Source: Euprymna scolopes (lineage: Eukaryota). From it: a DNA stretch of 64,000 nucleotides. Below are positions 1-12,796 of the stretch, in pieces. Where the stretch lies: the NCBI GenBank assembly GCA_053919585.1, contig CM132793.1; one strand, 5' to 3'. Every line of letters begins with the position of its first letter. Position 1 is the stretch's first letter. Under the pieces are notes generated by a model. It saw only the letters and a program-made list of their open reading frames with translations, did no database searches and had not been told where the DNA came from. Position numbers and translations under genes: made by a program.

Positions 1-183
1 TCTGATTGTCTTCAAGTCTAACGTAAACAAGTTCTTGATGAATCACCCCCTTCAGTAATCCAATTTACAAAATTTCCCCGAATTGTTTTACTATGCTATA
101 ATCACAATGACTAATATATACCCATTAACCCTTATCCTCGAGTGGCCCCCGGGCCTTGATAAGTGGTGATTCCTATGTAAAAA
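1..183 (+). mobile_element. 3' end of CR1-Zenon-like LINE (continues upstream of window)
   Basis: Encodes ...VFKSNVNKFLMN.. and carries the 3' UTR motif taacccttatcctcgagtggcccccgggccttgataagtggtga plus a short A tail, matching the 3' ends of the copies at 55074-58706 and 59249-60382. Confidence 0.85.
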
Positions 184-479
184 TGAAATTAATTTACTAA
201 AAAGCATATAAAATAAAAATAAAAAAGGCCTTCAAACCTCTCGATAAAATCTTGCATGATCTTGATGTGATATTTTGATAGGTGGTTTTTATTATGCATA
301 TGATTTTCAACCAAATACGTTGAATTGTTCTACATTTTGCTGACAAACTGAATGCTAAGTTTTAAATTGGTCTGATTTTGTAGGAGTGCCTTATTTTTAA
401 AAACAAAAATACTCAAAAGAATTATTGGTTGGAGCAGCACAGGACCAGAACAAAGTTCTGAAAGTTCATTATCTAAACG

Positions 480-1126
480 TTTTGGGTTCGAATCGTGGTG
501 TGAGATGTTTTTTTTTTTTTTTTTTTTTTCTTCTTCCCCTCCCCCCGATTTTTTCAATTTAAATATTGAATCCTGTGTTATTTAAGCCATTTTTCACGTG
601 ATGTTCGTTTTCCTGTTTTTCTTTTTTTTAATTTTTTTTTTTTTTTACTTCGCTTATTCTTAGTGACACCCGGGTATCCACTGATTTTAAAAATTTTAAT
701 ATCGAAACAGGCTTATTTAAGCCATTTTTCACGTGTTCGTTTTCTGTTTTCATCGTTCGTTTGCCTTGCGTTAGATTTTTTTTTTTTTTTTTTTTTTTAA
801 TGCGCTTAATTAAAACGTTGTTTTCTTTTCTTACTTCGCTTGACGACTTACAAACATCTTTCACTAACTCATTATGGCTGGCCGATACCCCCCCCCCCCC
901 CCGCTTAATTAAAACGTTGTTTTCTTTTCTTACTTCGCTTATAACAATGCTTACATCGTCGTCGTCACGCTCGACGACTTTCAAACATCTTTCACTAACT
1001 CATTCTGGTTGGCCGATTTTGTTTTCAAACTTCGCCTCAGGGCTTCGGGTTCGATCCCCCCCCTCCCACCCCAGAACACCACACACACCTACAAACACAC
1101 GGGCAATGCTGGGTACCCCTTGCTAG
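480..1126 (+). mobile_element. Non-autonomous Helitron-like element with internal subrepeats (5' boundary uncertain)
   Basis: Ends gggcaatgctgggtaccccttgCTAG|t (subterminal GC-rich motif + CTAG before T). Internal duplicated blocks cgcttaattaaaacgttgttttcttttcttacttcgct and caaacatctttcactaactcatt. Confidence 0.55.
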
Positions 1127-1652
1127 TATAGATATAGAAGCGAAAATGTATGTATGTGTGTTCGCTTTTTCTGTGTGTCTACAAAAGGCTTCTTTCAGAG
1201 AAGCGGTCGCTCGGTTCACAACTTTTTAAAACTTTTTATATCCCATACAAATCGTAATATCTCACAGTTAACAATGAAGCTCGCCTGTCTATTTAATTTG
1301 CTCGATTTCGGGAAGATAAATATTCAATATTTGTCGCTCGCCGCATGTGGGTTAGTCTTTTTCCTATAACATCTTGGGAGCGAGGAAAAAAGCGTTCAGC
1401 AGTAAATGAAATCCCGCAGTCAAATTGACCTCATTAACTCATTAAAACGAGCACCTGCTAAATCCAACTAATTAAATAAAGTCAAACATGTTTCCGTTAG
1501 CATGTCACGGTGGGGCAATGGTTAACGTCGCACGTTTTTTTTTTTTTTTTCACAACTTTGCCTCAACGGTTCGGGTTCGATCCTCATACTTACTTTTTCT
1601 TTTTTTTTTAACCCCCCCAAACACCTGGGCAACGCCGGGTACCCCTCGCTAG
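1127..1652 (+). mobile_element. Non-autonomous Helitron-like element, head-to-tail with the previous one
   Basis: Starts tatagatatagaagcgaaaatgtatgtatgtgtg (microsatellite-like 5' part) and ends gggcaacgccgggtacccctcgCTAG|t, the same 3' terminus as 1101-1126. Confidence 0.6.
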
Positions 1653-1959
1653 TTAAATATAAATTAAATTAAAAATAAATGAAATAAATCAACTTTAAAT
1701 ATTTCTAAACAGAACAGTTAAAACAATTCTAATAACATTCATTACATGGGGTTAATAAGTAGATTTTCTTTAATCTAGTATGCAAATAAGATTACTTGAA
1801 TGTAGATTGCCTTTGAATAAAAGTGTAAAAGTCTGTTTATGAAAATGAATTTGTGAAAACTAACTTTTGTAAAAGTCAGATTGTGAACAATGAACCAAGT
1901 GGTGTTTTTTTTTTTTTTTTTTTTTATATAGAGATGAGTCAATAAAGTGATTTAATTGT

Positions 1960-3200
1960 GTAATTGAGCAAAGCATATTAAGAAATAAGTCTAATACGCA
2001 TAGATAAAAATGCAGTTTGGTTTTACGGAAAAGTACAACTGGCGCTATACTTGCCCTGAAACAAGTGAAAGAATTACCTTCACAAGAAGAACCTGTATTT
2101 TGCTTTTGTGGATGTGGTGAAAGTTTTTAAGTGCCAAAGGAGCATGTATGGTGTGGATTCTGTATAAATTTGGTAGAAATAAGTTGGTGATATCAATTGC
2201 TTAAGTAATGTATAGAAATGCTTAGTCATGTTAAAATTGACTGCACATTAAGTGACAGCTTAAAAATAGGTTCTCTACTGAATTGCTTTTCATTTGTGTC
2301 TTAGAAGCGTTGTCTGGGAAACGTTGTCTATGGTCGTTCACCAGAGATGCTGATGATTTAGTAATGGATAAAAACTTAAAAGCTATTTAGAGTAAAGGCA
2401 AGGGTGTAATCAGGAAGGACCAATAGAGAAGGGGGTCCAAATTTTTAAAGCAAAATTTTTACAAAATATATTTTAGGGCAACCTAAAAATTGCAATTAAT
2501 GTTGATTGAATATTCTTAAAATGTGAAATTTAAAAATTGATTTTTTTATGAAACTTTTTTTTATATAATATGCAATTTTTGTGTTGCCCTAATTATAACT
2601 TTTCATGTTTCATAATTTTATTTTGTCTGGTACCTTTTGTCACATTCTGGTTGTAATTAAATACTTATAGATATACGAAGCAACATGAACGAAACAACAC
2701 AAAGTTTTGTTTCGTTTTTGTACAAAAAAAAATGAAAATAGTAAATATTTTGATTGGAACAAAACAAATCCAACCCTGCAAAAGGTAGGTAAACTTTAAG
2801 ACGTTATTGTGAAATGGCAGACTATTGATTCCTTAGCAGTAAATAATTCTGACATTAGCAGGCAAATTATTTATAAGGCAAAAGCCTGGCTGTCCTACTG
2901 CTGCTTTAAATTCAGTTAAAAAAAATTCTGGTCAATTCTGAGAGGGCCCAAAAAGCCTGGCTATTCACTCTTGAGTAAAGGTATGAGAGTGAATTTTGCT
3001 GAGTTTGTGAAAAGGGAGTCTGGTGTAATTTAATGTTTTGTGATACTTGTAAGTATTAGGTACATACGTTTGATGGATTTACTCTTAGATTGAGAAATGA
3101 TAGATTTATATGCAAGTAGAAGTAAAGATGGATGAGAACTTAGATATGATAAAGTATATTTGAATGATAAAGCTATGGCGGTTGTCAAAGTTTATACTTT
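1960..3200 (+). mobile_element. Degenerate RTE-clade LINE reverse transcriptase remnant, interrupted by a MITE
   Basis: Broken frames give QFGF..STTGAILALKQV..KKNLYFAFVD, (Y)ADDLV at ~2347, and ESKGMRVN reconstituted across the 2399-2973 insertion. Confidence 0.65.
2399..2973. mobile_element. Non-autonomous DNA transposon (hAT-like MITE) with 8-bp TSD
   Basis: Direct repeat agtaaagg at 2391-2398 and 2974-2981. Imperfect TIRs caagggtgtaatcagg / cctggctattcactcttg. Removing it restores the RTE coding motif. Confidence 0.75.
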
Positions 3201-3439
3201 GGTGATAACGCCGGGGAAAGAAAAATAAGACCTAATGGGGCCGACATAAGTTGCGCAGTGGACATAAGTCCATGGCAGAGCGGAAACGACAGCAACATTA
3301 TGAGGTGTCTGAGACCTCTGGTGTTGACAATTTTTAAAATTAAATCAAGGTCGAACGCCATGACATGGGGGCTGTGATGGCATATAAGCGGGCATCAGGG
3401 GCAACCGAGCGGGAAAGAAACAAGGGGAGTCTGAGTTCG

Positions 3440-4330
3440 CTATTTGGAAGCGATGGCCGGTTTGATTTAGAGTGGCAGCCGAGGCAACGTTTGAGGTGTC
3501 TGTTTCTACTTTAAGGGGTATGTTGGGATCAATTGTCATAAATAAAGCATGCTCGAGTTCTTTGAGGTTGGATTCAGGTAGAGGGAAAACTTGGTTCTAT
3601 GCTAGCTGTTAAATTTTATCTGAGAAATGAGGAATCCATTGAGTATAATATGAAAACATTCTGACAATCCGCTGTTGTGATTTATCATCTTGTGATGATG
3701 GGGGTAGATATCATCTTGTGATGGGGGTAGATATCTCATGGCACGGAAACGTTCAGGATTTGATTTTACAACTTCAAACAAGACTTCATGCTCTAATAGG
3801 GTGACTCTCAGTTCACATAATGTTCTTTTTCTCATTGGAACTTATGCCATACTTCCTGACAACATTTAAGAAATTATTAATGTTTTCATCATGTTCCATC
3901 ATTACTGCTGCATATAGTAATATATTAACATGCACAAGTGTTGGCAACCTTCTCATGTTTTATTGAATTATCTATCGATCATTGGAAACCTGATACGCCG
4001 TTTGTTACGCCAAATGGTATGTGGCAGAATTGATATAAAATTCCACAGGTTTCGAAAGTTGTCAATTTCTTTTTTCTTGTATTGATATTTGAGGACGGCA
4101 TTGTGTCCTCTGATATGCATTCCACCCATGTAGTCTCATTGCTTCATCTTGCTAAGCAACAAACATGTTTGGGATTACCAAAATTCACTGTTTTCAATCA
4201 TGCATACCTGCGATTCTAAGTGAATAACTTGTAACGATTCGTAACAGGTAAGACGAATGATAACCAGTTAATAAGGCTTTGTTCCTCAAGAATCACAGGT
4301 ATGCATTCTCTGAAATAGAAGAATGAGAAA
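3440..4330 (-). mobile_element. Ty3/Gypsy LTR-retrotransposon pol relic (RT-RNase H)
   Basis: Minus strand reads YQFCHIPFGVTNGVSGFQ (RT, ~3980-4040) and DPNIPLKVETDTSNVASAATLNQTG (RNase H ETDAS-like motif, ORF 3345-3539). Many stops and frameshifts; no LTRs seen. Confidence 0.75.
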
Positions 4331-5433
4331 TTGCTAAAATTTGCTAAAATTTTACAGTGACAATGTTAATATGATAGTATCATTTCAAATATCCCCCCCC
4401 CCCAGTTTTATCAAAGGACCTACTGTTGATTTTATATGTAGGACCCTTCTTGTGCAGTGGTAAAACTTCTCAAATACACTTGTAATGTTAGGCTGTATAA
4501 GATTGTTAACTTTGGTTAAAATCAGACTTTCTTCTTTAATCAGATGTTTTTTATACTTAACAGGCATTTTGATTAAAAACCTCCGAACACTCCCAGACAC
4601 ATAAAATAAGGAAAACTTTTGAAGTGATTAATGCGAATTTGTAAACATAATCTACAACATAAATTTAGGCAGTATGAATTATTGTGGAGCTATCTTACTT
4701 TGTTTCCTGAAAACCTTTTTCAAAGTGGCAGGTGAGAGTTACGTTTTAGATATTCAGAATTTGATTTTCTGATTTGACGATAAAAATGCTTGATCAATTG
4801 GTATGATTTTTGGAATATATTTTTTTTGGGTCACATCTATGTACATCATTCAGATTTTTTCTTTACTTTTATTTATTTTTTTAATATGGGAAAATTCTGG
4901 ACAAAAACCATTTTATCTTCATGCTTTATCTCTGTACCATTCATTATTATAATGTTGAAATAAAAAAATTTAGATACTTTTTCTAGTAAATTTTATTTAA
5001 AACTTGGAAAATAAAATCCCTTAAAAATTATCAGTGCTTAGAGCAAAAATCTAAAGTTGAAAAAATCAATTTTCATTAAAAATGTTATCTAATTGTCATG
5101 TCACAATTACTTAAATATTACTCTATTTATTACATGAAACATGAACTTTCATGATTCCAACATTCATTGATATCTGCCATTAATTGTAACGCGATATATT
5201 GCAGTTATTTCTCCTGACTACATGCTATTTATATATGTTTAACTTGAAATTGATTTTGAAATCTATGTTCATTAATAATTTTCCACTTTATCGATTTTGA
5301 ATTAATTATATAATTTTTGAATTTTACTAATTTTCATAATTCTCACAATTAAGTGGATACCATTCAATAGTTCACTTTTCAATCTAATAACAAAGTGCCA
5401 AACTACCTCCCAGATGATAGTTTTAAATAACAT

Positions 5434-6200
5434 TTTTTTTTTTTCTCTTAATTTTTTTTACTCACTTTCACACCAAACAAGGCATATCACAACTTGGACA
5501 TAAGGGCCTACTAATTGAGATCATGCCTAAGAAAGATTAACCAGATATTTGTTACGTTACATTTGAACTTCTGCATGCCAGTACAGTCAGGAAAGCAGGT
5601 AGCAGAATTCCAAAGTCTAGCTGTTGGAGAGAATAAACTATTAATAGAAAGCTTTTTGGTATTTAGGGACCTTAACAGTGAAAGGGTGTGATTTTGTTAC
5701 TAAATGGGTTTGTCGGGATATGTACGTTGCATAACAAGTTCATTAGAGCACATTCCATTAATATACTTGTAAAACAGGCACAGGGATGTGACGGTGTGGC
5801 GATAAAACAGGGGTTGGAGCCTTGGACCTTATCCAAGAGGGAGAGACTAATGGTAGATGCAGCAGCCCAAATATGACAATACTCCATGCATGGGCGAATG
5901 GTGGCCTTGTAGAGGTACAGGGTACTCTCAGGTGTGGGCAATTTTCTAGCATGATAGAAGGAACCCACCGTCCTTGCAGCAACCTTTTCAATGTCCTCAA
6001 TGTATTTGTTCCAGTTTATATTTCCTGCGAATGTTAAGCCTAGGAGTTTAAAGGAAGAATTCTCAGATAGGGAGTTATTTGTTATGGACATTGGTGGTTG
6101 CAGGGGTGTCTTGTAATTGTTAAAGGAGTAGTTTAATTTTACTAGCATTAAATGTTACCATCCATTTTGGGGTGAAGGTCATTTTCTAAAGATTCAGCCA
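5434..6200 (-). mobile_element. 5'-truncated, degenerate CR1-Zenon-like LINE (second subfamily)
   Basis: ORF 5672-6148 LLGLTF..WNKYI..LYLYKATIRPCMEYCHIWAAA is homologous to the C-terminus of ORF 55223-56503. 3' end gccttgtttggtgtgaaag + poly(A) is shared with 18520-19240. Confidence 0.85.
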
Positions 6201-6702
6201 TTATCCTTTGGCAGAGCAAAATGCTTCATTTTACTCTGAATAGTTTTATAAAATTGAATAAGAGAAAGATAAGATATTCGATTTTTGATCCAAATAAAAA
6301 ATATGTAAAAATTCATGATTTGACTTTGAAACGGGTGATTTACCTTACAGACTGATTTTATGCAAATTTGTTAGGATTTGATCAGTCATCATATTGGGTT
6401 TACCAGCATATGTTAGATGTGACTCAAATCAACACAAATCTTATTTAATAGGCAACATTTGTTTATTCAAACCCAACTTAGTTATAAATATAAAAATCAA
6501 TAGGATTAGATATAATTGTGTAACAGATGTTTATTTTTAATTACCAATTGTTATTGGATGGAATAGATTAATTTAATTGCAATTATCAAGAGATATCAAA
6601 TTTATTTACAAATGTTGCCTGCCATCTAATATGTATCTAGTCTGCAGATGCTGCACTTAAGGTAATTTGTCCCAGTCAATGTAGGGGAAACCTTTCATGA
6701 GA

Positions 6703-6736
<34 letters not shown>

Positions 6737-7229
6737 CATACTGCCAGAGTTTCCCCTTTTTTCCCCTTGTTTTAGGGGAGCTGGTTTAACCCTACATTAA
6801 AAACGACCTTATGTCTAATTTGCTTTCATGGGGAAGCAAATAAATACATATATGAAATGTTAACTGTAATATTTGATTTTGTATGTTATCTCCCTTGCAT
6901 TGTGTTGATTTTGTCAAGATCGTTTCAAGGGAGATAAGTTTTGAAACCAGATACATTTACAAAATATCTCAAAACAAGAATCGGTACATACTGAGTTGGC
7001 CAGTGAACATTCTATTTTTGTAAATATTTCTTGAATCAAGATTTTATGAACCAGGGTTGGGAACTTACATCTTGTCATCAAGAATAAAGTCCTATGAGGG
7101 TTGCATAATCAGAAAATAGATTTCCATGAACTGCCTAAAGATATTTGTCATGTTTTAGACATTCTGAAAATAACTGGACAAGTGATTAAAAATTCCAAAT
7201 TGAAATGAGATTAAAATCGATGCTCTCCA

Positions 7230-7684
7230 AAACTCATTTATTATATTAGGAGTAATTGTCTGTGTGCATGTGCGTTTGTATGTCCGACTAAAAGTAAAAA
7301 AAAAAAAAAAAAAAGAACTAAAACACAAAGTTGGTATATTTTTGATCAGCGTTGCCTTGGATAAATATTTTAAATTTGGGGGGAAAAAATATTCCTTGTG
7401 GAGTGAGGAGGTCCACTGGGTCAGTTTTCGTTGATGAAAAGTTTAATTTTTCAGTGTTATAATCTGAGGAAAAAATGCAGACTTATACTACCTAGAAGAA
7501 TCCATTATATGAAGGAGAGTTGTCTGTGTGTATGTCCCTTTAAAGAGGAATGGGCTGGGTGAAGGAGGAAGATGTTGGAGAGAGATAAGGATAAAGAGAG
7601 AAGGTAAACTGAGGGGTAGGGAGATAGACATTTTAATAGAAATGTTACATGCTTGTTCCAGGTGACGTTGGGTAGCCCTGCTAG
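7230..7684 (+). mobile_element. Non-autonomous Helitron-like element(s)
   Basis: Starts with (tgtc/tgtg)n-like 5' motifs at ~7255 and ~7520; ends ccaggtgacgttgggtagccctgCTAG|t, similar to the other CTAG-ending elements. Confidence 0.45.
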
Positions 7685-8385
7685 TCTGTCTCAAATGCAT
7701 TTTTAACAGTTTATAACATTGTGTAATTGTCATAATAAAATGGAGCAGATGTTTTTATTTTAATCTATTTTCAATCAATTATCTATTACATAATTCTGTT
7801 TTACTTTTAATTAGTTGTATTGAAAGGAGATGTCTTTTCTGCCATAGACAGAAGTTATTAGATCTCTAACAAATTAAGAAATCTTTATTCAATTTCCCCA
7901 TAAAAAAATTGAATTCATCGAAATTTATTTAAAAAAAAAAAAAAAAAAAATCTAGATTTTGTTTTTCTTTGCCGTTTTGATAAAAAAAATAAAAATAAAT
8001 AAAAAATAGCATTGCTAGCACTTCCAAATTTGTAATTTTAAAGTATTTTATGTTGACTAGAAAATTATTTCTGGCTTTACAATTCTTAGCAATCATATAT
8101 ATAAAATTTGAAAGTTATTTATATAAAATAAATTTTGAAAGTTATTTACATCCAATACATTTATAGAGTAAAACCATCTAAAATTAGTTTCATTAATGGT
8201 TCAATTAATGACTAGCCAGTAAATAGAATAAATAAAATCTATATTTTGCTATAAAGAAACCACTCCAAAAGTTATACTTTTACAAAAAAAACAAAATTTA
8301 TGTAGTATTTTGGTAATACTGACTAGATACTACTAGTCATAAATAAAATGACTGTAAAATATATGTAAGATTTGATTTATTTCAG

Positions 8386-8462
8386 ATAAGGTCAAGACAT
8401 TTCTCCGTGATTTCTATGTCGATGATAATGATGGGAAAACCTTTCCTTATTCAAAGCAATTG
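8386..8462 (+). CDS. MCM7: MCM7 coding exon (probable exon 2): KVKTFLRDFYVDDNDGKTFPYSKQL
   Basis: ttcAG acceptor, GTAAGT donor. Peptide resembles the MCM7 N-terminus (KVKKFLQEFY...KYGNQL as recalled for human). In frame with the next exon. Confidence 0.88.
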
Positions 8463-9188
8463 GTAAGTTATTTTCTTTTCTATATTTTTCAATTTTCTAA
8501 AATTTATTTGATATAAGAAATCTTGATTTCAAGTAAATTTTCCTTTCTCAAATACCCCCATTTTTTTCTGTTGTCTTGTCCAATTTGCAAAAGTATATAA
8601 AGATTTAAAACAAATTAGAAATCTATATATAAAAGTGACCTATGGAATGGTCTCTACTAAACTAATGTTAATAAATTTGAAACTTATTATATTGGGATTT
8701 GGATTTGTGGAACAAATCTGATTTGGCTTTTAGCTGGTAAGAATAGCTGCTAAGGGGTCAAAATTGAAAAAATCTGAACTTGACATGCTAAGTTAACTAA
8801 ACATGTTACTTTTACACATCCGCAAATATACATTTATACCTTTTTAATGTTATTTAAGTTATATGTATATGAACTTCAATTGTAATGAATAATGCTCGAG
8901 TGATGTTTTAGTTTTGATTCTAGCTGATAGCAACCAAGTCATATTTTTATTTATTTTTAAACTTTAAATAACTATTTATTGGGTACCATGTAATAATCCA
9001 GAGTACTGTCTCTATAATAATAAATATGAAATTTGCATATTTAAGTTTATTTTATGGTTTGGCAGCCTGTTATTTTATATTATAATTATTATCAAAGGGC
9101 AATAACTCTTCAAACTGAGTCTAGTTATTCCTTTCATCCTATTCTGTGGATCACTTTTGGAAATGAGTACTCAAGAGACCAAAATGAG

Positions 9189-9271
9189 TGGAGATAGATT
9201 GATGCTAATAACAAAATATGAACGTTTTATTAATAAAACGCTCGCATTTTATTAGCATCAGTCTATATCCA
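9189..9271. repeat. ~83-nt imperfect palindrome / hairpin
   Basis: ggagatagattgatgctaataa..aacgttttat|taataaaacgctcgcattttattagcatcagtctatatcc; arms are complementary around a TTATTAATAA centre. Confidence 0.8.
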
Positions 9272-9453
9272 GAGACTATGGAGTTTTGCACTTCAGATTC
9301 AGTCGATTGCTGAATTGCAGGCTGTATTTCAGTTGCCACAGATTTGACCTCTGATCTACCTTTTCCCCTATCACAACCCTTCTCTAACTGCTGCAGTCTT
9401 CAGCCATGCACACTGTCTGTTGGGTTTATGTTATAGACTCCTATTAAATCCAT

Positions 9454-10668
9454 CATTAAAGAAACAAATATCCCACTAAATAAAATTACACAAAACTAAA
9501 TTAATAGATATCCCTCCATGGACTATACAAAAACCAAACATAATACTAGATCTCAACACACCCCGACACCTACCTGGAAAAATTATCAGAAATTAAAGAA
9601 AAATTTCCAAACCACCAAAACATTTACACTGACGGCGCCAAGGACACAAAAAGCACCGGCAGCGCTGCAACAACAGGAAAAACTACCAAAAGGAAAAGAC
9701 TACCAAACGAAGCATCTATCTTTAGTGCCGAAGCAACTGCCATAGATATGGCACTTGACATCATAAGAGAAGACCACAACCAAAAATTTATCATCTTCTC
9801 TTGACTCATGATCTGTATTGATAGCCCTAAAAGGGAAAAAAACTAGAAAACCCTCTAATAATATAATGAATAAAATAAACAATCTAGAAAAAAGAAAAGA
9901 AATCATACTCTGCCACATAGCCACATAGGTATAAAAAGGAGGGACAAAGCTGACCTAGCAGCAAAGTCATCCCTAAAAATGACCATAGATAAAAAATCTC
10001 AAAATTCCCTATACAGACATGAAATCAATAATAAACATTTAAAAGAGAAATGGCAAAACAAAGAAAACAAACTCTTCAAAATAACACCCAAACTTAAAAA
10101 AATGGACACAGAAAAAAAAAAAATAATAAACAGAAGAGAAGTCATACTAAATCGACTCCACATTAGGACATACACATCTAACCCACAATTATTTATTAAA
10201 ACAAGAACAACCAAAGTGCCAATGTGGACACTTACTGACTATAAAACATATTTGAGGATTGTAAAAATACCAAAATTATAAGAGGAAAATATTTTAACAA
10301 AAGAAAATTAGGAAAAATACTCCAAGAAGGCGAACCAAAAATAATTATGGATTTCCTTAAAAAAATTGGAATATATGACAAAATTTAAACATTTATTACA
10401 ACAAATGAGAAAATATAAAAAACATCTAAACACACAACAAACAAATTATCAATATATAATAAAACTATGCAAACCAAGTATAGCAAACACCTATCTACAA
10501 AATAATCCCCTCAATATGAAATAATTCTGAAGACTAGGACCAAATCAAGCAACATAAATAAACATCTGAAGAAATCTGTAAGAACCTGAAGGTTTTATTC
10601 CCCCCAAAGGAGTCGGCATTAAATAACCGAAAAGGTTTGATATGCCGTAAAACAAAACCACCAACCAA
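9454..10668 (+). mobile_element. 5'-truncated I-group (Nimb/I-like) LINE with RNase H, 14-bp TSD
   Basis: RNase H motifs (YTDGAKD, ASIFSAEATAI, IIFS). Tail ggcattaaataaccgaaaaggtttgatatgccgtaaaac + (caac)n. TSD cctattaaatccat at 9440-9453 and 10669-10682. Near-identical to 53262-54227. Confidence 0.92.
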
Positions 10669-11934
10669 CCTATTAAATCCATTTGAATCATTCATTTAGC
10701 TTTCTCTAAATGTGTAATCTGACGAAGACTCCAAGGAATGTTCATCAGTATGTAAATGCAGTTCTAGATGGTTTTGATTTCAGAACATCCAATAAATTTC
10801 AGCAGCTTGACCCTGATTGTTTATACAATGACATGGTTTGATGTGTTATTCTGGTTATTTCTTTTTCCACAAGTCATCCACAAAGGAAAACCATTAAGTC
10901 TTCAAGGAAATAGTTGTGGTGTGTGCTCCACACTGTTTCTTTTAGATCCATGGGCCATAGCTTGTTCTCGGTGCTTGAATAGTTGGCTGAAAGAGAATTA
11001 CTCAAGTGGACTGTTCTGCCTGACAGCTAAATTATAAATTCTACAGACAAAAATAAAAACTTTAGTCGTCGGTTCCTTATTTTTATAAAAATTATGTTAT
11101 CAAATAAAACTTCTAAACTACAATATTCTGTATTATACAGTGGGATTAAATTCCAAATAGATTTGTTCGACAACACAATTATTTACAGTTGAATGTAACG
11201 GTTTAAAAAAAAAAAAAAAAAAAAGGAAGAAAAATCTATCTGCGACGAACGATTTTTAAAAAAATTTTCTTTTAGTATTCCCGACGGCCTGGTGATCAGT
11301 GAGAGTGGGGTGAGCAGGTGGTGTACGAGAAGAGATTTAGGCAGTTTTGAGCTTGTTCAAAAACTAGCAAAATTTGGTCGCCCCAGTGCTTTTGTACCTG
11401 GGTAACAAGGTGTTTTCCTCACCAATCAATAATTACTACGTAAAAATCCCTTCGAGTGACCACTGCCCACATTACGCAATCATGCAATTTTCTAACAAGT
11501 TTCTCACGACAAGTTCCGGTTCTTGACCCCAAAGGTCATTCCAACACAAAACAACAACCAAATATGGTTCCTCTTCAAATAATTGTTTCATTAGTGAAAT
11601 ATTATCTGAATGTTGTTATTCCCAAATCAGCCCAGTTGAATTTTAAATTTCCCTTGCTTTGACTTAAGTCATCAAGCAGCAAGGCTGGCTCAAATTGCCC
11701 GGTGTCCTTCTATATCAAATGTTATTAAGTTTTACTTAATTATTACTGTCAAATTCGCTCTATCAAGCGGTTCAGTTACAAATAAAAGTAAATTGTTTCC
11801 TCTGTTACATTGTCAACATCAATATTTGATTTATTTCATCTACGATCACCCCCCCCCCCCCGCCACCCCATTTATATATTTTTTGTTGGTCAGTAGAAAT
11901 CACACAGAATTACTTAAATTGAAATCTGCACTCA

Positions 11935-12761
11935 CCGATACTGAATTACTTGAAATTTGGCACAAATATTCCCCTTCATGAGTTAGGAAAATTTGCCAAA
12001 TTATTTTGGTCCTAAACCTTACCGGTCGGATTTTTTTGGGGGTGGGGGGTAAAATTTGCATATTTTACTTCCAACTTTTTGCCGCGAAACATCATGGAAT
12101 TTTAGTGTTTTATAAAATTTAAAAAAAAATACTTCCACATATTCAATATTTCTAAAATTTGGTAGGAAGGGTATTTAGGGGCTGTAGAATCCGAATATTT
12201 ATTTTAACCCCATATCTGGTAGAAAATAAAACTGCTCACCCAAAAGCATGTCCCCCAAATCATCAATTTTCTACCTATGTAACTTACGGTCAGTCTAGAG
12301 AAAATATGTCCTCTTCAATTTCATATTTTTTTTATAGCATCTACTGTGACTGCTTAAGTTCTCAAAAACATTTTTGTGAAGGTTTCTAGCCCACCTTAGA
12401 AGATATGGCCCTGTAAAATTTATCGGGTTTTTTTTCCTATGTACGTACTTTAATTCAGTGAAAGATTGATAAAGACAATCATCCTAATGCTCCCAAACTC
12501 CTCAAATGTTCATATTCTTAAACTATTCAATAAGATAGTCTTTGTTAATTTAAAAAGAAAATAATTTAAATATATTTTGTAGATATTGCATTTTGTATGG
12601 TACGGATAGATTGTCTTTAACAAGTGATAAACATTGACTCAGGCATTAGGATAAACACTTTATAGGGTTTTGTAGATGGCATTAAACATGACAAGAAATT
12701 ATTTCTGATTGAATTTAAAAAAAACAAACAAATTTCATTATTTTCATGAAACAAAAAATTT

Positions 12762-12796
<35 letters not shown>

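Noticed and set aside
1-8385. MCM7 first coding exon and promoter
   Set aside because: No convincing ATG-containing short exon with a phase-1 donor was found and the region is mostly TE relics. It probably lies upstream, though a ~30-nt exon could be missed by eye.
10719-10992. Extra hammerhead pieces (CTGACGAAG at 10719; gaatagttggctgaaa at 10977)
   Set aside because: The pieces are 250 bp apart, with no helix II partner or GAAAC-NUH; likely chance matches in an old degenerate repeat.
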